Positions 39,547-49,346 of a stretch of DNA of 64,000 nucleotides are shown piece by piece. The stretch spans positions 539,030 to 603,029 of the forward strand of contig JAVLKG010000005.1 of NCBI GenBank assembly GCA_032128875.1. The letters are read 5' to 3'. The translations under genes and the position numbers were made by a program. Source of the stretch: Candidatus Melainabacteria bacterium 17Bon1m. GTDB lineage: Bacteria > Cyanobacteriota > Vampirovibrionia > Obscuribacterales > Obscuribacteraceae. How positions within the stretch are numbered: the stretch's first letter is position 1; each line of letters opens with the position of its first letter. The notes beneath the pieces are model-generated. The model was not told the DNA's origin, made no database searches, and saw only the letters and a program-made list of their open reading frames with translations.

Positions 39547-41271
39547 ATGTCCGTATCAGTAGCCGTTTCGGAGCCCGTCCAATTGACTAGTTCAACCGCT
39601 CATGAGAGTGCGCCAGGCGGTTTTGCGCCAGCTAGCAAGCCAAAGAATTCAGGTGCCCTGCGCCGCCTTGTGCAGGTGCTCTTTGTTTTGCTGGCAGCCA
39701 TGATTATTTTTCTGCCGGGTCTGAACTATTACGGCATTATCGATCCCAGTGACGGACTCTACGCAGAAGCTGCTCGCGAGATGCTTGAGCGCAACGACTG
39801 GGTTACGCCGACGTCCAATTACAAGCCGTTTTACGAGAAGCCAATTCTCATTTATTGGATGATTATGGCTTCGTACAAGCTTTTCGATGTGTTCGAGGTT
39901 GCGGCGCGCCTGCCCATTGCTCTGTGCGGTATTGCTTCTGCTGTTGCTCTGTTGGTCCTGGTGCGCCCGTTTCTAGGCGGTCGAGCGGCGATGTTTTCAG
40001 CACTGGCGCTTCTTTCGACTCCGCTGTACGTGACCGTCGGTCGTGTTGCAATCACCGATGTTCCGCTCACCCTATTCATGATGCTCGGCGCGTTGGGGCT
40101 TTTCTCTAGGCTCTGGGGCGCGCACTGGATTTCTCTCGCTGTCGCTTATTCTGCGCTTGGACTGGCTTTGCTTGCTAAAGGTCCGGTTCCTGTAGCGCTT
40201 GTAGCGATCATTGTTTTGATCTACCTTGCCTGGATTCGTCCAAAAGGTGCCGAAGGTGGGCACCAGTGGTGGTGGCGCAAGTTGGCAGTCTTGCATCCTC
40301 TTCTGGGAACAGCCGTGATGCTATCTATTGCTGCGCCCTGGTACATAGCAGAAGGAATGGCTACGAAAGGAGCCTTCTTCCAAGAGTTCTTCATCAACCA
40401 AAATTTCGGCAGGGCGCTCGGTAAGGTCAATCACCAAAACCCTTTCTGGTACTACATTCCATTTTTCTTCGCAGGGTTTTTCCCCTGGTCTGTCGTCAAT
40501 CTTTTTGCAATCGGTCGCTACTTCTCACTTTTGAAAAAGCGGTGGTTGCCCACCAGAAGAGCCAATTTAGAACTGTTTTCCATCATCTGGATAGTATTTG
40601 TTCTTGGTCTCTTTTCACTGCTCAAAACCAAATTGCCGACGTACATTCTTCCGATTGCGCCACCCATGGCAATCCTTGCGGGAAGTCTCTTGGATCGGGC
40701 AATTCGATTTAAACAATCGAAAAAGTTAGCCTGGTTCTTGCTGTCCGTGGTTGCTGTAGTTTTGCCTGCTCTGGCTGTTCTTACGCCAGTCGTTTGCTTC
40801 AAACTGAAGGTTGATACGTCCATGCTCCAGGCTTTGCTTGGGTATGGCTTTTTTGTCTGGTGCTTTCTGCTTGCCGCTACCGTGGCTGCATTCAGAAAGA
40901 AATTGGAAGCTTCGGTTACAGCTATCGCCTGCGCCTGTGCCTTTGCCTGCGGTACTTTTGTCCCCACTGCGCTGCAGTTTCAGTATGTGCAAAACGATTA
41001 TCCGCTCTTGCTTCTGTTGCGGCGCGTGGTCCGCGATAAGGCGCATGTGGCGCTGTATCAGAGAGATTCCCCAGCGGTAAACTTCTACTTGCGTCGCCCC
41101 GTAAAAGAAATCAAAACGCTCCTCGAGTACAAGGAGTATGTGGAGGCGGGCAAAAAACCTCACTATTTGCTCGTCACAACTGACGTGATGCAGCAAATGC
41201 AAAATACGCCTCCCATGTGGACTTTACTCGGTAGAGGCGCTAAGTGGCACCTGTTCGAGATTGATCCTTGA
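39547..41271 (+). CDS. ArnT/GT39-like membrane glycosyltransferase
   Basis: DPSDGLYAEAAREM..DWVTP, EKPILIYW, LAKGP, PWY, PFWYY, KLPTYILP. Confidence 0.9.
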   Translation: MSVSVAVSEPVQLTSSTAHESAPGGFAPASKPKNSGALRRLVQVLFVLLAAMIIFLPGLNYYGIIDPSDGLYAEAAREMLERNDWVTPTSNYKPFYEKPILIYWMIMASYKLFDVFEVAARLPIALCGIASAVALLVLVRPFLGGRAAMFSALALLSTPLYVTVGRVAITDVPLTLFMMLGALGLFSRLWGAHWISLAVAYSALGLALLAKGPVPVALVAIIVLIYLAWIRPKGAEGGHQWWWRKLAVLHPLLGTAVMLSIAAPWYIAEGMATKGAFFQEFFINQNFGRALGKVNHQNPFWYYIPFFFAGFFPWSVVNLFAIGRYFSLLKKRWLPTRRANLELFSIIWIVFVLGLFSLLKTKLPTYILPIAPPMAILAGSLLDRAIRFKQSKKLAWFLLSVVAVVLPALAVLTPVVCFKLKVDTSMLQALLGYGFFVWCFLLAATVAAFRKKLEASVTAIACACAFACGTFVPTALQFQYVQNDYPLLLLLRRVVRDKAHVALYQRDSPAVNFYLRRPVKEIKTLLEYKEYVEAGKKPHYLLVTTDVMQQMQNTPPMWTLLGRGAKWHLFEIDP

Positions 41272-41332
41272 GGCGATCAATCAGCGATGTATGGCAGCTC
41301 CTAAATTGTTCATCCCGAGTGAGTTTCAAACC

Positions 41333-41356
41333 GGGCGATGCATGGCATCGCCCCTA
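41333..41356 (-). repeat. GTAG-type REP-like palindrome family B (degenerate second copy at 41284-41303)
   Basis: GGGCGATGCATGGCATCGCCCCTA between convergent genes. Confidence 0.7.
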
Positions 41357-41381
41357 AGATTCTGATGCTATTTGTTGCATA

Positions 41382-42062
41382 CTAGCTGTTGCGCATCCGA
41401 TAGCCGACGCGCGCAACGTTTTCTATCAGCGACTTTGTGTCTTCACCGTCATCATCAATTGCTTTGCGAATGCGAACGATTGCCGCGCGTAATCCGGCTG
41501 ATGACGCCTCAGAATCTTGGTGCCAAACGCGAGTGAGCAGCGCGTCGGTCGAAAAAATCTCGTCCGGGTGGCGCATCAAAAACTCGAGCAGCGCAAAGTC
41601 TCGCGGTTGTAAATGCACATCTTTGCCGCCTTTCGTCAACCGGTGCTTGGTGGAATCGAGCACGATATCATGCATCGAGAGGCTGCTTGAGGGCGCAACA
41701 ATTTGCCTGCGCAAAAGTGCGCGTACCCTGGCTACAAGCTCTCTGGCGTCAAACGGCTTTGTCAGATAATCGTCGGCACCGCCGTCCAAACCGGCTTCCT
41801 TGTCTTTGATTTGGCTTTTGCCTGTCAGCATAAGTACCGGCGTAACGCCGCCCCGGGCGCGGAATTTGGAAAGTATTTCGATGCCTTCGATGTCCGGCAA
41901 CTGCCAATCAAGAATGATGACGTCATACTGCCCCTGGCGCAAATACTCCATCGCGGACTCGCCGTCATGCGCCATCTCGACCGTGTGATTTGATGTCGTA
42001 AGCGCGTGTTCGACCGTGAGCGCAAAGTCTACGTCATCTTCGACCACCAGAATTTTTGCCAT
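41382..42062 (-). CDS. OmpR/PhoB-family response regulator
   Basis: ILVVEDD, LDWQLP, GADDYLTKPF, winged helix; paralog of 4075..4767. Confidence 0.95.
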   Translation of the reverse strand: MAKILVVEDDVDFALTVEHALTTSNHTVEMAHDGESAMEYLRQGQYDVIILDWQLPDIEGIEILSKFRARGGVTPVLMLTGKSQIKDKEAGLDGGADDYLTKPFDARELVARVRALLRRQIVAPSSSLSMHDIVLDSTKHRLTKGGKDVHLQPRDFALLEFLMRHPDEIFSTDALLTRVWHQDSEASSAGLRAAIVRIRKAIDDDGEDTKSLIENVARVGYRMRNS

Positions 42063-42130
42063 GCAGATTCTAGTCCAGTATTTATTGACGACCCCGGGAC
42101 AATTCTAGCTCAAACTTTCCGACCGATGGG

Positions 42131-43945
42131 CTAGGTAGAATTCTTTTGCGTCGGGATGGCGACGATAAACTCTGCTCCAACGCCCTGTTCGCTTTCCACC
42201 CAAATGCGACCGCCGTGGGCTTCTGCAAATAATTTGCAAATTGCCAGTCCCAAGCCGGAGCCACTTGCTTTGTGTTCGCCATCGACCTGCTGATAGCGCT
42301 CGAAAACACTAATCAGCTTGTCTTTTGGGATTCCAGAACCGCTGTCTTTGACTGAAATTTGCACAATGCCGTCGACAACTTGCGTCGACAGCGATATTTC
42401 GCCGCCCTTCGGAGTAAATTTAATAGCGTTGCCGATGAGGTTCGATAGCAAGCGCAGTAGTTTGTCCTGGTCGCCCCAAACTACCGCATCCGTTTTGTTG
42501 ATTGTAAGAGTGATGTTTTGTGCAGCCGCCGCCGTTGAATACAATTCTGCACAGCTTTTGAAAAGCGCCGCTACCTCCACCTCATCACAATCAATTTCGA
42601 AAGTGCCGGATTTGATTTTCTCAATGTCGAGAAGGTCATTGATCAAACTCATCATGCGATGCGTATTGCGCATGCCTGAGTCGACGAATTTCTGACCCTT
42701 TTCAGTCAGTTCGCCGAGCTGCCCACGGTGCAGGAAGTCAAAAACATTATTAACGGTGCCCAGCGGTGTTCTCAGATCGTGTGTGACCATGGCTACAACT
42801 TCTTGGCGGAGTCGTTCTGCTGCCCGTCTTTCGGTAGTGTCATGAAAAACGCAGAAGGTCAATTTTTCTTCCGCTGCAAATTGAGCAGAGCAAGTCACGT
42901 CAACAACACTGCCGTCCTTGCGTGCCAGTTGGGTGTCGAAGGACGCCGCCGATTCCGCGCTTTGTTGAATCTTGTCGAAGCGAGACAAGACTTCCGAAAC
43001 ATCTTTGCCTGCAAGTAAATCTATTAGATGCGAGCCGAGCAATTCATCAGGCATGTAGCCGAGAAGTCGCTGTGACGCAGGATTTACTTCGACGAACTTG
43101 CCAGCTGAATCAATGGAACAAATGAAGTCTCGAGCATTATCCAATAATGCTCTCTCTTTGCGCGCCGCTGCTTGTAATTCTTGAGCCATGTTGTGAAAAA
43201 CTTGATCGAGCTGCGATAGATCATCGTTGCCTTTTAGCACTGGATGCAGCGGAACATTGCTAGCCAGTCTGAGTGTGTTGTCGCTCAAGCGTGCAATTTT
43301 GTCGGCGATTGTGCGAGTCAAATAGATAGCGATGAGTGACACGAATGCTGCCAGCAAAATAGAGATAGTCCAAATGCTGAATTGAATTTTTTCGCGAATA
43401 TCCTTTTGAATAAGCGGTGCTGCCTCGGCAACTTGCGCTTCTTCGCGTCGAAGATTCAAAAACTCCGGCGTCAAAATCGTCTTTGTTTGTTTTCTTAGCT
43501 CATACCAGTACGGTTTTCTAAATGCCCTAGCTGCTTCGGTCTTTCCGTCGCGATCCAGGCTGCCACGCAAAATTTCCATCAGCTCAACGGCGCGATTTGC
43601 CGCTTTACTGGAGCGGGCGATCATTGAATGCGAGTGTTCATCACCAGCGGTCAGCTTATCTAAATCATCATATGTTTTGCGAAACTTGACAATGATCGGC
43701 TCCATTGCCTCTTTTGTCAGCATCTCGTCGTGTTTTTCTGCGCTGAACATGAAAAAGGCATCGTACATCTGCTTCGATATCGAATTGATGCCTTCCGTGA
43801 TCTTTTGTGCGCGAACCGCCCTCTCAAGCTCCATGTCTGCCTGGCTGTGCAGGTTGGAAAGTGCGACTAACAGGATGATTTCGAGAACAACCGGCACAAT
43901 TGCCAGCGCCAAAATACTGAGTCTGAGGGTCGACCGTTTTTGCAT
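42131..43945 (-). CDS. Membrane PAS sensor histidine kinase
   Basis: THDLRTP, NLIGNAIKF, DSGSGI, GSGLGL; paralog of 4804..6564. Confidence 0.95.
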   Translation of the reverse strand: MQKRSTLRLSILALAIVPVVLEIILLVALSNLHSQADMELERAVRAQKITEGINSISKQMYDAFFMFSAEKHDEMLTKEAMEPIIVKFRKTYDDLDKLTAGDEHSHSMIARSSKAANRAVELMEILRGSLDRDGKTEAARAFRKPYWYELRKQTKTILTPEFLNLRREEAQVAEAAPLIQKDIREKIQFSIWTISILLAAFVSLIAIYLTRTIADKIARLSDNTLRLASNVPLHPVLKGNDDLSQLDQVFHNMAQELQAAARKERALLDNARDFICSIDSAGKFVEVNPASQRLLGYMPDELLGSHLIDLLAGKDVSEVLSRFDKIQQSAESAASFDTQLARKDGSVVDVTCSAQFAAEEKLTFCVFHDTTERRAAERLRQEVVAMVTHDLRTPLGTVNNVFDFLHRGQLGELTEKGQKFVDSGMRNTHRMMSLINDLLDIEKIKSGTFEIDCDEVEVAALFKSCAELYSTAAAAQNITLTINKTDAVVWGDQDKLLRLLSNLIGNAIKFTPKGGEISLSTQVVDGIVQISVKDSGSGIPKDKLISVFERYQQVDGEHKASGSGLGLAICKLFAEAHGGRIWVESEQGVGAEFIVAIPTQKNST

Positions 43946-43966
43946 GCTCCGATTATGGCATGAAAT

Positions 43967-44236
43967 TCAGTCCAGTCTGAACCAGTCACCCTTCAAGTTG
44001 CCCATCCAGTAGTCACCGTCTGCGGTGCAAACCGTGACATGTTTTTCTTTGCGCGAGACGATTGCACCGGAGGCGTACTGTGCATAAATAACATCGCCAT
44101 CGGAATCGGTATAGAAATTGCTTCCGTCAGGAGTTGTGGTTTTTGCATGTTCGCCGAGGCTCGCTGATCTGATACTGCGGCTGGCAATCGAGCCTAGTCC
44201 GTATGCGTATGCAGCGAATCCTTGCAAATGGTTCAT
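43967..44236 (-). CDS. Small hypothetical protein upstream of the kinase
   Basis: ATG 44236 with AGGAG SD; 89 aa. Confidence 0.65.
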   Translation of the reverse strand: MNHLQGFAAYAYGLGSIASRSIRSASLGEHAKTTTPDGSNFYTDSDGDVIYAQYASGAIVSRKEKHVTVCTADGDYWMGNLKGDWFRLD

Positions 44237-44468
44237 GCCGTGTACTCCTGCGGATATAGAGTGTGTGGGGAAGCTCACAGTTCCAATCTACGGAATATAT
44301 GTAATGAACTGGTGACTGATTTGTATTCAAACTGTGACTGCGTTGATTCGGCGTTAAGACTGCCGCCCCTACGAACAAAGCCGATACGTAAAAGCAGAGA
44401 GCTCGCCTCTCACTTGCGTGAAACGCGAACTCCCCTTTCTTCCCGTGCGCAAAAACTTGATTAGTCTG

Positions 44469-45551
44469 TTATTGTTCGAACTTCGGCAAATTGAGCTTGT
44501 CTGAAGCTAGGAGCACTGTCGTATCTCTGTTCATATTGTTGTGCTCTGCAATCTTCTTCGAGTATTCGATTACTTGAGCTGCGGTCGGATGCAGTCCTTG
44601 GCTCATGAGTTCTCTGCGAGCTATGCGATCGAATCCGTCGCCTGGTTGGATTTCAACTTGTTTTTGTTGTAGTTGGTCGAGCACGCCTGCCGCTGCAGCA
44701 ACTACTCCGCCTGCAATACCTGCGATTGTTCCTTCAGGATTTTGTGTGGGTTCTTCGCTGGCTTCAGCCGCCTCAGCTTGAGCCAAGATATCTTTGTTTG
44801 CTTGCAGCGTTTCAGCGCTGATTTGTCCGTCTTTACCAATCAGTTTTTGAACATAGGGCTTGTTCCAGTCGGCTTGAAGTGTTTGAACGATCTTGCGTTC
44901 CGAATCTGAAAGAACTCCGCCCATCAGTTTGTCAGCTTGAAGTGTCCGGCTAATATCTGACAACGAGATTCCGTCAGTCTTGCCGTCACATTTTGCCAGC
45001 TTGTCGAACAGTTCGGTGCCACCGCCTTCAGTGTCAAAACGACGTGCCAATTCTCCGGCGGATTTACCGGTATTGTAATCTTTGACTTTGTCGTCATGCG
45101 CCTTTTGCAAGTCGTTGACTGCATTGTTTAAGTCATTTTTTGAGATCGCTTCGTAGCCAAACCAAGCTTTTGTCAAATCAAAGCCGTGGGGGAACATCCC
45201 GAAATCGCCATGCTTCGTGCGCAGGTCGTCATACTGTTCGATCAGCGCTCCAGCCATTGCTTGTGATATTGCATCGTTGCCCTTCTTGAATCGGCTGAGG
45301 TCGGTTCTGCTGAACTGTCCATCTTGCGTGATTTCAAATCTGTGATCTTGAGCCCACTTGAGTGAGAGTTCTGGGAGCAAGCCGGCTTGATTGAGTTCTG
45401 ATGTCAGATTCGCCATTTGCTTCTCGCGCTCACCAGGTGTGAAGTTTCTGTTGATGCTGTCTACCTCAACCTTGAATTGATCGTAAGCTGCGTTAACTCC
45501 GCCTTCTTTGTCTGCTTTTTCAATGTTGGTTACAACGTCAATGGAAGTCAT
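44469..45551 (-). CDS. Hypothetical protein with GLLP N-module, EF-like loops and C-terminal LysM-like domain
   Basis: SD AAGGAG; C-terminal VEIQPGDGFDRIARREL...IAEHNNM...KLNLP. Confidence 0.75.
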   Translation of the reverse strand: MTSIDVVTNIEKADKEGGVNAAYDQFKVEVDSINRNFTPGEREKQMANLTSELNQAGLLPELSLKWAQDHRFEITQDGQFSRTDLSRFKKGNDAISQAMAGALIEQYDDLRTKHGDFGMFPHGFDLTKAWFGYEAISKNDLNNAVNDLQKAHDDKVKDYNTGKSAGELARRFDTEGGGTELFDKLAKCDGKTDGISLSDISRTLQADKLMGGVLSDSERKIVQTLQADWNKPYVQKLIGKDGQISAETLQANKDILAQAEAAEASEEPTQNPEGTIAGIAGGVVAAAAGVLDQLQQKQVEIQPGDGFDRIARRELMSQGLHPTAAQVIEYSKKIAEHNNMNRDTTVLLASDKLNLPKFEQ

Positions 45552-45956
45552 AAGATTTCTCCTTAGTAATGACCGTGAGATTTAGGTTCAGCGAATGCTG
45601 TTCTCTTATGGGAATTGCGGGGGAAGTGCAGCGGGGCTGCTTATGCATCCAATTTAGGCGGCAGTTGTTTTGGATTGGCTACTAAACTGTTGCGAAACTG
45701 CTACTAAAACAATTTGCTTACCGGCGCCTGGTTTCCGGAAGTCTCGGGACGAAAGTTGAGGGATACCGGAGTAGGTGGTGCTGGATGTCAAGGCGTGCGT
45801 ATGTTACATAGGAAAACCGCTAGCCCCCATCCTCTGGGCTTTTCCTCTCCCAGCTTTAGTTTCGCGGGTTTTAGGGCACATATAGGAAGGGAGTACGGAT
45901 CTCCCCGGAGGTAATGGCTTAAACGGATGAAAAGCCGACAGGAGCCCGCTTAGTAC

Positions 45957-47798
45957 ATGGCAGGACTGGATTCAACCAGCAATCAGAAGAAGACGCCCGA
46001 AAAGCAGGAAGGGGACAACCCCAACCTGACTATCGAGAACGTCGGGGTCGGCAATTTCATAGTTGCCGGCGCTCTTCCTGAGGCGTGGCGTAATCCAGGC
46101 AATGCCGGGGGACAGGGCGATGGGCAGCACAGGCTACGTTCCTATTTGGACACGGCAGTTCATCCTCTGGCTGAAGCCGTCACTTCAACGGATAAGGGCG
46201 CGGATGAGATGTCCGGCTACATGCGCGGATTTTTGAAGACTGCCCCCATCTTTATGAAGGGCAAGTTGGCTTTGCCATCCCTTGCTTTGACCTATATGTC
46301 GGACGAAGCCAAAATGGGCGACACCGTGCAGAATCAGCTCACGGATGCCGGATTGGGTCTAGGCAAAGGAGCTTTGCTCAAGGCCTCTTTCCGCGCGTTC
46401 GAAGGCGCTGGAATGACTCCTGCTACAACTGGCGTCGGCATGGGCATTATGAACCGCGGTTCGGACGCTATGCTAACACGCGGCAATTATTATGATGCGA
46501 AGGGCGATTTCAGCTTGTCTCAAGGCCTGGCGCGCACGCTTTCTGTAACGGCAAACCCTGGGGCAATGGCGGTAGACGCCGTTGCATTCGGCTTCAACGA
46601 TATGCTTTTCGCGACGGCATTTAACAAGAGTAGAGGTGCCGTTGCCTACAAACCTTCAACCTTGTATACGGTCTCCGCGGGTACGATGGGCGTGACGAGC
46701 GGGTTCGGTCGCGAACTAGACAGACAAATACGTGAAGACGGGCAGCTCGATTTCACGCAACTGAGCCGTAAAGCATTCTTGCAGGGCGTTTTCGATGCCG
46801 CCGGCGGACGTGTTGGTGCATGGCAGGCGACGAGAGGATCGCGGCTTGAACCGGACGCCCCAGGCGCGATGGAGAAAGCTCGCTCGACGCCATTTCAGCG
46901 CGGTGAGGTTGTTGACGCACGCCAGCAGGCTCTGCGCGACGGCATGTTCATTCCGGAGCGACAAGCGACCGGGCTGCACACTGAGACCTGGTTCGGTAAG
47001 GTTAAGACTCCGTCCGGCGAACTCATCCCGGCAGTTTTTCGCCCGAATGACTTTACCGAAGCATTCGCTGTCCGAATGCAAAACGAAATCGCTGGTTACG
47101 GCATGAATATGCTTGGTTTTAAAACGAACGTGCCCGCGACGGTTGCCAGAGGCGCTGAAATAAATGGCAAATCATATGTCGGATACATTCAAGAAATGAA
47201 TGGGCCCAACCTTGTGGAGCACTATCGCAATGTTCTAGCAGTGCCAGATGGAAAGACCGTACCCATGAAGGCAATTAACGACCATCTGGAAACAACAACA
47301 AGTCTTTCCGGCAAATATGGCGAGGCATTCCTTCATCGTATGGTAATGGGTGAATGGGACAATCATGCGATGAATATGTCCGTGTCGGATAAGGTTCACA
47401 ACATCGATCTTGGTTATGCCTTCAGGGTTCCAAAATCCAATTTGGAATTCACTCCATTGCCGATGGCTCGCAAAGCTTACGAGACAATGAGCCAGGGCTT
47501 CTACAAAGAGCTGTCCGGCAAGCCCCTTAATCCAGAGACAAAGGTAGAAATGCAAGGCTTGTATGACCGCTACAGCACGCCAGAGGGGCGCGCTCAAATG
47601 GAAGCTCTCGGTTTAACTCCGCGCCAAGTTGACGGCGTCCTTGGTCGCACGAATTGGTTCGCAACAAAAGCTCTATATCCGAAACAGCAGGAAGCTGCTT
47701 CTTACGTCTACTTGACCAGATTGAGTCAGTTCGCGAAGTCTGTTTTGGCTAGGCGTTCACATCCGCCTGTAACTGAAACTCAAGGCAACGGTTCCTAA
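45957..47798 (+). CDS. Protein with Gly/Ala-rich N-region and C-terminal PI3/PI4-kinase-like (HipA-superfamily) domain
   Basis: AVFRP, NEIAGY, LG..VPATV, GYIQE, DNHAMN, IDLGYAF; SD AGGAG. Confidence 0.7.
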   Translation: MAGLDSTSNQKKTPEKQEGDNPNLTIENVGVGNFIVAGALPEAWRNPGNAGGQGDGQHRLRSYLDTAVHPLAEAVTSTDKGADEMSGYMRGFLKTAPIFMKGKLALPSLALTYMSDEAKMGDTVQNQLTDAGLGLGKGALLKASFRAFEGAGMTPATTGVGMGIMNRGSDAMLTRGNYYDAKGDFSLSQGLARTLSVTANPGAMAVDAVAFGFNDMLFATAFNKSRGAVAYKPSTLYTVSAGTMGVTSGFGRELDRQIREDGQLDFTQLSRKAFLQGVFDAAGGRVGAWQATRGSRLEPDAPGAMEKARSTPFQRGEVVDARQQALRDGMFIPERQATGLHTETWFGKVKTPSGELIPAVFRPNDFTEAFAVRMQNEIAGYGMNMLGFKTNVPATVARGAEINGKSYVGYIQEMNGPNLVEHYRNVLAVPDGKTVPMKAINDHLETTTSLSGKYGEAFLHRMVMGEWDNHAMNMSVSDKVHNIDLGYAFRVPKSNLEFTPLPMARKAYETMSQGFYKELSGKPLNPETKVEMQGLYDRYSTPEGRAQMEALGLTPRQVDGVLGRTNWFATKALYPKQQEAASYVYLTRLSQFAKSVLARRSHPPVTETQGNGS

Positions 47799-47853
47799 CT
47801 CCTTGTGAAGGCACCATAAGTAGTACCAGATATTGTTTGGAGTTGGTTCGATA

Positions 47854-49071
47854 CTATTTCTTTGCGCGTGGAGGTTCGCTTGGCTTTGATTCGCTTACCT
47901 TAGACTGGCTTGGACTAGATCCGCTTTGCTTGGATATGTTTCTCCCCATACCTGCCGCATCGGCTTGCTTTACGTCGGCTTTTTCTTTGTCAGTCAAAAA
48001 CCATTCCCACTCGGTCAATGCGCCCGGGCGACTCTTCTTTCGCTCCGGCATGACTGCGTCAGCTTCTTCATACCTTCGCTGCTTTCGCAAATTGTGCGAG
48101 AGCGCGCGGCTGTATTGGAAGTATTTCGTTCGATCTTTGGGCGTGACCACAGCAAGCCGTTTGCGCAGCCAGGGCTCTGCCCCTTTGTCGTCACCCTTGT
48201 CTTTATATATGTCGATATAAACGGTGTAAGCGAACTCCGTGAGCCCTTTATCGGGCTTCTTCTTCAATATATCCAGGGCTTTGTTCAGGCACTGCACCGC
48301 CGCGTCGTAGTCGGCAGCCCAGAGCTGAGCCATTGCAACCTCAATCAATACAAATTGCTCAGAGTGCTCTTTCATCTCGGTCTGCATCATCGTTTTCAGG
48401 ACCTGCGGCTTGGACAACTTGTGTTCAACTGCGGCATGGGACCACTTTATCTGTCTATACAGCGGATCGCTTGGCCGCGTTGTGCTCAGAATAAGCTCAA
48501 GCTGTTTTTTCGCTCCCAGGTAGTCACTATTGGCGACGTAAGAGCGCGCGTGGCCAAACTTACGCGCGGTCGTGTTTGCTTGAGGGTAGACATCCGCGCA
48601 AATCCTGGTCAAAGCCTCAGACATGCGCATCTTCAATTTGGCTCTCTGGGCATATGGAACCCTCGACGAGTAGCCACGTTCGTTCGCATCGATTAGAGTT
48701 TTTAACGAGACCAAAACTTGAGGATCCAACTTCTTTTGAGCCTTAAGCCTCTTTATTGTTTCGCCTGCATCTTTCAAAAGAACGATCGCTTTGTCCACTT
48801 CCAGCATGTTGTTGTAACTAGTCGCAGCAGCCAACTGAATGTCCACACGCTCGTTTTCGCGGTCCGCAGGCACAATCTTCAAGGCTTGCTCAAAAGTATC
48901 AGTTGCCTGGCGAAACTTTTGTTCAATCGCGAAGTCTTCAGCCCGCTGCTTCAGCGACTGCCAAGACTCGACCGCAAGCGCTGCATCTGCTGTTGAAAGC
49001 GCTACAGAAAGTGAAACGATTGCAGAGAGCAGGAGTGTTTTTTGTCGGCGCGTGTAACCAATTAGTTGCAC
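47854..49071 (-). CDS. Exported TPR-like protein
   Basis: Signal peptide; helical repeats (A..TFEQAL, DYDAAVQCLNKAL, AEPWLRKRL). Confidence 0.75.
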   Translation of the reverse strand: MQLIGYTRRQKTLLLSAIVSLSVALSTADAALAVESWQSLKQRAEDFAIEQKFRQATDTFEQALKIVPADRENERVDIQLAAATSYNNMLEVDKAIVLLKDAGETIKRLKAQKKLDPQVLVSLKTLIDANERGYSSRVPYAQRAKLKMRMSEALTRICADVYPQANTTARKFGHARSYVANSDYLGAKKQLELILSTTRPSDPLYRQIKWSHAAVEHKLSKPQVLKTMMQTEMKEHSEQFVLIEVAMAQLWAADYDAAVQCLNKALDILKKKPDKGLTEFAYTVYIDIYKDKGDDKGAEPWLRKRLAVVTPKDRTKYFQYSRALSHNLRKQRRYEEADAVMPERKKSRPGALTEWEWFLTDKEKADVKQADAAGMGRNISKQSGSSPSQSKVSESKPSEPPRAKK

Positions 49072-49346
49072 CGGGGGATTCCTTTTCGTACCAGGGGACT
49101 GCCACTATATTCCACGGGTGCTGCGTTTCCAGCCCCAGCCTTTTTGAGAGACGAATATACAAATTTAACGCAGGCGGGAACTACACAGCAATCGCTGCGT
49201 CGTTACCGGCAACAAAACGGAAAACAGCAACCTTTCATAAAGGTGGAATGCTGACCGTTTTTGCGTGTGAATGCGTCGAAGTTTTTGAACCAAGAAGACG
49301 CGAATGTGGGCAAGGTAACCAGGAAAGAAGCAGGAAGGGCAAAGAT

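Noticed and set aside
47926-48696. Long antisense ORFs (e.g. 47926..48696, 34088..34759, 29878..30459, 25832..26380)
   Set aside because: Shadows of well-supported opposite-strand genes, with no motifs or SD
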